The position numbers and the translations under genes were made by a program. Of a stretch of 64,000 nucleotides of DNA, positions 61,368 through 64,000 are shown piece after piece. The stretch lies in assembly GCF_038025025.1 (NCBI RefSeq), contig NW_027117345.1, positions 868,001 through 932,000 of the forward strand, read 5' to 3'. Source of the stretch: Phyllosticta citribraziliensis. Its lineage: Eukaryota. The notes under the pieces were generated by a model. It worked only from the letters and a program-made list of their open reading frames with translations. It did not search any database and was not told the DNA's origin. Every line of letters starts with the position of its first letter. Within the stretch, counting starts at the first letter, position 1.

Positions 61368-61730
61368 AGGTCCTGATACCAGCAAAGTCTCATCATCATC
61401 CACAGAAGCTCCTGAGCTCTTCCAAGATACCAATCACTCTTCAAAGCTCTTTGCCGCCATCAAGCCCTCCAACACTCATCAAGGATATCTCTTTGTCCAA
61501 GCACATCTCCACACAAGCGTCCGGAGTTCGACAAGAGGTAGGCGCGCGGTCGACAACATCAGGGGAGGACGTCGGGGCTGATTTACTTCAGGGTCGACAA
61601 CACCTATCCAATCAGTCAGACGACAAGACATCTTTCCCAAGTCAAACCTGTGAGTTGGCCCAAGCTCTTGCGATATTGCAACCAGGTTGCTAAACCAACA
61701 TGATTTCTAGACCAACCAAGCTCTTGCAAC

Positions 61731-62078
61731 ATGTGCTTCTTCGACCAGCACCGTTTCGCCTGCGGCGACTGGAAGTGGGGCCACTTCCGCCAGCACTGCA
61801 ACCGCGAGTACCGCATTGGGGAGACGTGCGGCATGAAGTTGATCATGACGACGATTCCTGTGGCCCAGAAGTGCAAGCTCTGCGAGAAGATCGACACGAA
61901 GCAGCGCCGCAAGGCCGCCGAGGCCGAACGGATCAACCGGTGGCTGCGGGAGGGCGGCAAGTTCAAGGCGTCAATTGAGAAGTCGCAAGACATTATCAGG
62001 GGCCTGGAGCAGGAAATCTATGACCTGTGGAGCGAGAAGGACAGGAGGGCCAGGGGTATTGGCAACAAAACCCACTAG
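61731..62078 (+). CDS. Small Cys-rich protein (115 aa), putative Zn-binding N-terminus plus charged helix
   Basis: CAACATG start context, strong codon bias and MCFFDQHRFACGDWKWGHFRQHCNREYRIGETCGMKL..CKLC. A TATA box and two 5' UTR introns lie upstream. Confidence 0.85.
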   Translation: MCFFDQHRFACGDWKWGHFRQHCNREYRIGETCGMKLIMTTIPVAQKCKLCEKIDTKQRRKAAEAERINRWLREGGKFKASIEKSQDIIRGLEQEIYDLWSEKDRRARGIGNKTH

Positions 62079-64000
62079 GCATCGACGGAGTTGAGGACCG
62101 AAGCGTTTCTTTGCTTTTCTTTGGTAGCGTTTACGTTTCATTTCTGGCGTCTCTTTGTTGGATTGGCTCATGGGGTCCAGTCGTTTCGAAGGCGAGGGGT
62201 GGATCTGGGGCGGCAAGAAAGAAAGCGCTGAAGGAACGAGGGGGCGATTGCGCAGATTGCTACCAGGGCGGTTGACAGTAGAGTCAATTGCCTGGATCAT
62301 TACTTTGGCGTATCGGATAGTTGGGCAAATTCATTCTCTTCCAACAATGATAGGATGTCTTGTAGCCGCGGAGTGATTAGCTTGGCTGGAGCTCCGTCCA
62401 ATCCGTGCGAGTCGCGTGTGCCAAAATAGCAGCAGCCAGGCAGGTGATGGTAGACGCCGGGCGCACGGTGACGGCGACAGCCGACTGATACATCATCATG
62501 AATGCGGCAGCAGGGAGGTCGGGCGACAGTTGTTTCCGATGAACTCAAAGCAGTGGTGCGATGGTTGACGGATTGAGTGCGGATGAGGTCGGTGAAGAGG
62601 TCGAGTCGGCGCACTGAGGTGGAGGAGTAGCGCAGCACGTGATGTGGAGCTAGTCCGTTTTGGGAGGACCCCACCCAGACAGCTCTCCAACAAGACGTTT
62701 TTGCAAATTCCATCTCCCTCGGCATCATCCATCGCCAGTGTGTTGCTCAGCCATCGCCAGTTCGCTTGCCGATGCGGCATCGTTGAAGTGGTTGAGGCTT
62801 CCGCCTTTTGCAACCATGATTGCGTCGACGGCGACGAAATTCAAGTGATCCTGGTGACTGGCCATTCTTTCTGTTTCTTGATCCTCTTTTGTTGTTTTCT
62901 TGTGTCTCCTAGGTCCTGCCATTCGAATGAAGCGACATGGCGTCCGCGGTAAAGACGAAATAACGACTGTGTCGCGGTAAAAGTCAGCTTCCTCAAAGTT
63001 ATCAGTCATTTCCATCCGAGTCGAACTTGCCAAGAAGAAACACCCCCCCTCTCTTTGATCTTCTGCCATGTGGAAAGAGTAGGCCCTTTTAGTCTCGAAA
63101 GGAGTCGTATCTGCGCAAGAATTGCAAGGTCATTGTTTTCGTTTGTGTGGAAGTCAAGCACCTTTAGTGCGCGGCCAACGTGGCGGCCGCTGAGTGGTCC
63201 TCTCCGTCTGTTGATCCCTCCGATCCTAGAATGGGGCCCAATCTGTTCAAGTTCGGTCTGGTGATCCAGGTCCCATCCGCGTATTTCTTGCTGTTCGCTG
63301 CGGTCATCCGTTCGGCCGCTTCCCCCAAGCGGGCATGGTCATGTCGACTGATGACTTCAGTTTTCGATCGACATCGAAGCCGAATCCCAGGACCTTGACA
63401 GCAGCTCGCTGCTACAAATACGCTCCTAAGCGCCTGCTGGCATCCTGCGAGTCTTTGCAGAAGCAACAGCACCTACACGCCGGCATGTCTCGAAATAACA
63501 GGGAAGTTGCTAGAATATGCAGCACAGAAAGACGGTAACCAATGAGCGGGCCGAGCCGGGGTCCGTTACGACTCTTGGGTTTTGGAAGGGCCGTTGATTG
63601 CTGGAGAAAGAGCTGAGACTTGCTGAGAGGTCTCCAGGGTGTTGATAGAGGTGTGTCAAGTCTTGTGTAACCATCATGCAGTCGTTTTCTCCGCCAGCGG
63701 CAAAGCCTTTTTGTCGTTCGATGATAGCCAATCCGTTGGTGAGTAGCAGGTTTTCCCAAACCCAGGTAGATTGTCACTCACTAAGGCTAGACATTTGCAT
63801 GACCGCCTCACCCGACGGTGGTAATGTCCAGCCAACGGTCATGATGGATCGTTGGTGCTGGCTTGTACCACCGACGTCGATGTAAAAATTGAATTGTGCG
63901 ATCAAGGGGTGCGCGTTACCTCAAACCCATTTTCCAAGCACACTGCGACATCACGCCTCCAAGGTTCGCTCCTGTCCACGCCCGATTCCCCCTGTGATCA

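Noticed and set aside
60967..61581. 204-aa ORF before the small Cys-rich gene
   Set aside because: Non-ATG start, and it runs across the TATA box and leader intron of the downstream gene.
62300..63777. Minus-strand ORF fragments at the window end
   Set aside because: No consistent frame, splice model or recognisable family.
1..64000. CRISPR arrays, rRNA/tRNA genes, intact transposons, secondary-metabolite cluster
   Set aside because: No repeat-spacer arrays, RNA-gene signatures, transposase/RT ORFs, or PKS/NRPS/terpene synthase genes were seen. Small ncRNAs could have been missed by eye.

Overview
Eukaryotic, intron-containing DNA from a filamentous ascomycete (Pezizomycotina; Dothideomycete-like by inference only). 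It has GT-AG introns with CTRAY branch points, and I saw no prokaryotic features, rRNA/tRNA, CRISPR or intact transposon. About 20 protein-coding genes were reconstructed by hand with splicing. Recognisable genes: ENP2/NOL10, a Dal5/Tna1-type MFS permease, an AhpD/CMD-like protein, a PTH11-like receptor, UFD4 HECT ligase, an 11-exon NMN adenylyltransferase (NMA1), ExgD GH5 glucanase, MsrB, a second MFS, KAR5, MRPL6, MET22, RSM1/Pml39-like and a HET-domain protein. Uncharacterised genes: two coiled-coil orphans, an F-box protein hidden by splicing, a 47-aa membrane microprotein, a membrane/F-box-like protein and a small Cys-rich protein. Most notable signals: (1) a 310-nt, heavily base-paired intron in the NAD+-biosynthetic NMA1 gene, with mutually exclusive helices over a cryptic acceptor (candidate structured or riboswitch-like splicing element); (2) a second long fold-back intron in the PTH11-like gene; (3) an apparent AT-AG intron in the first MFS gene; (4) a synonymous-only duplicated 20-aa motif; (5) a microprotein gene with a 5' UTR intron. 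All RNA structures were found by eye and were not computed.
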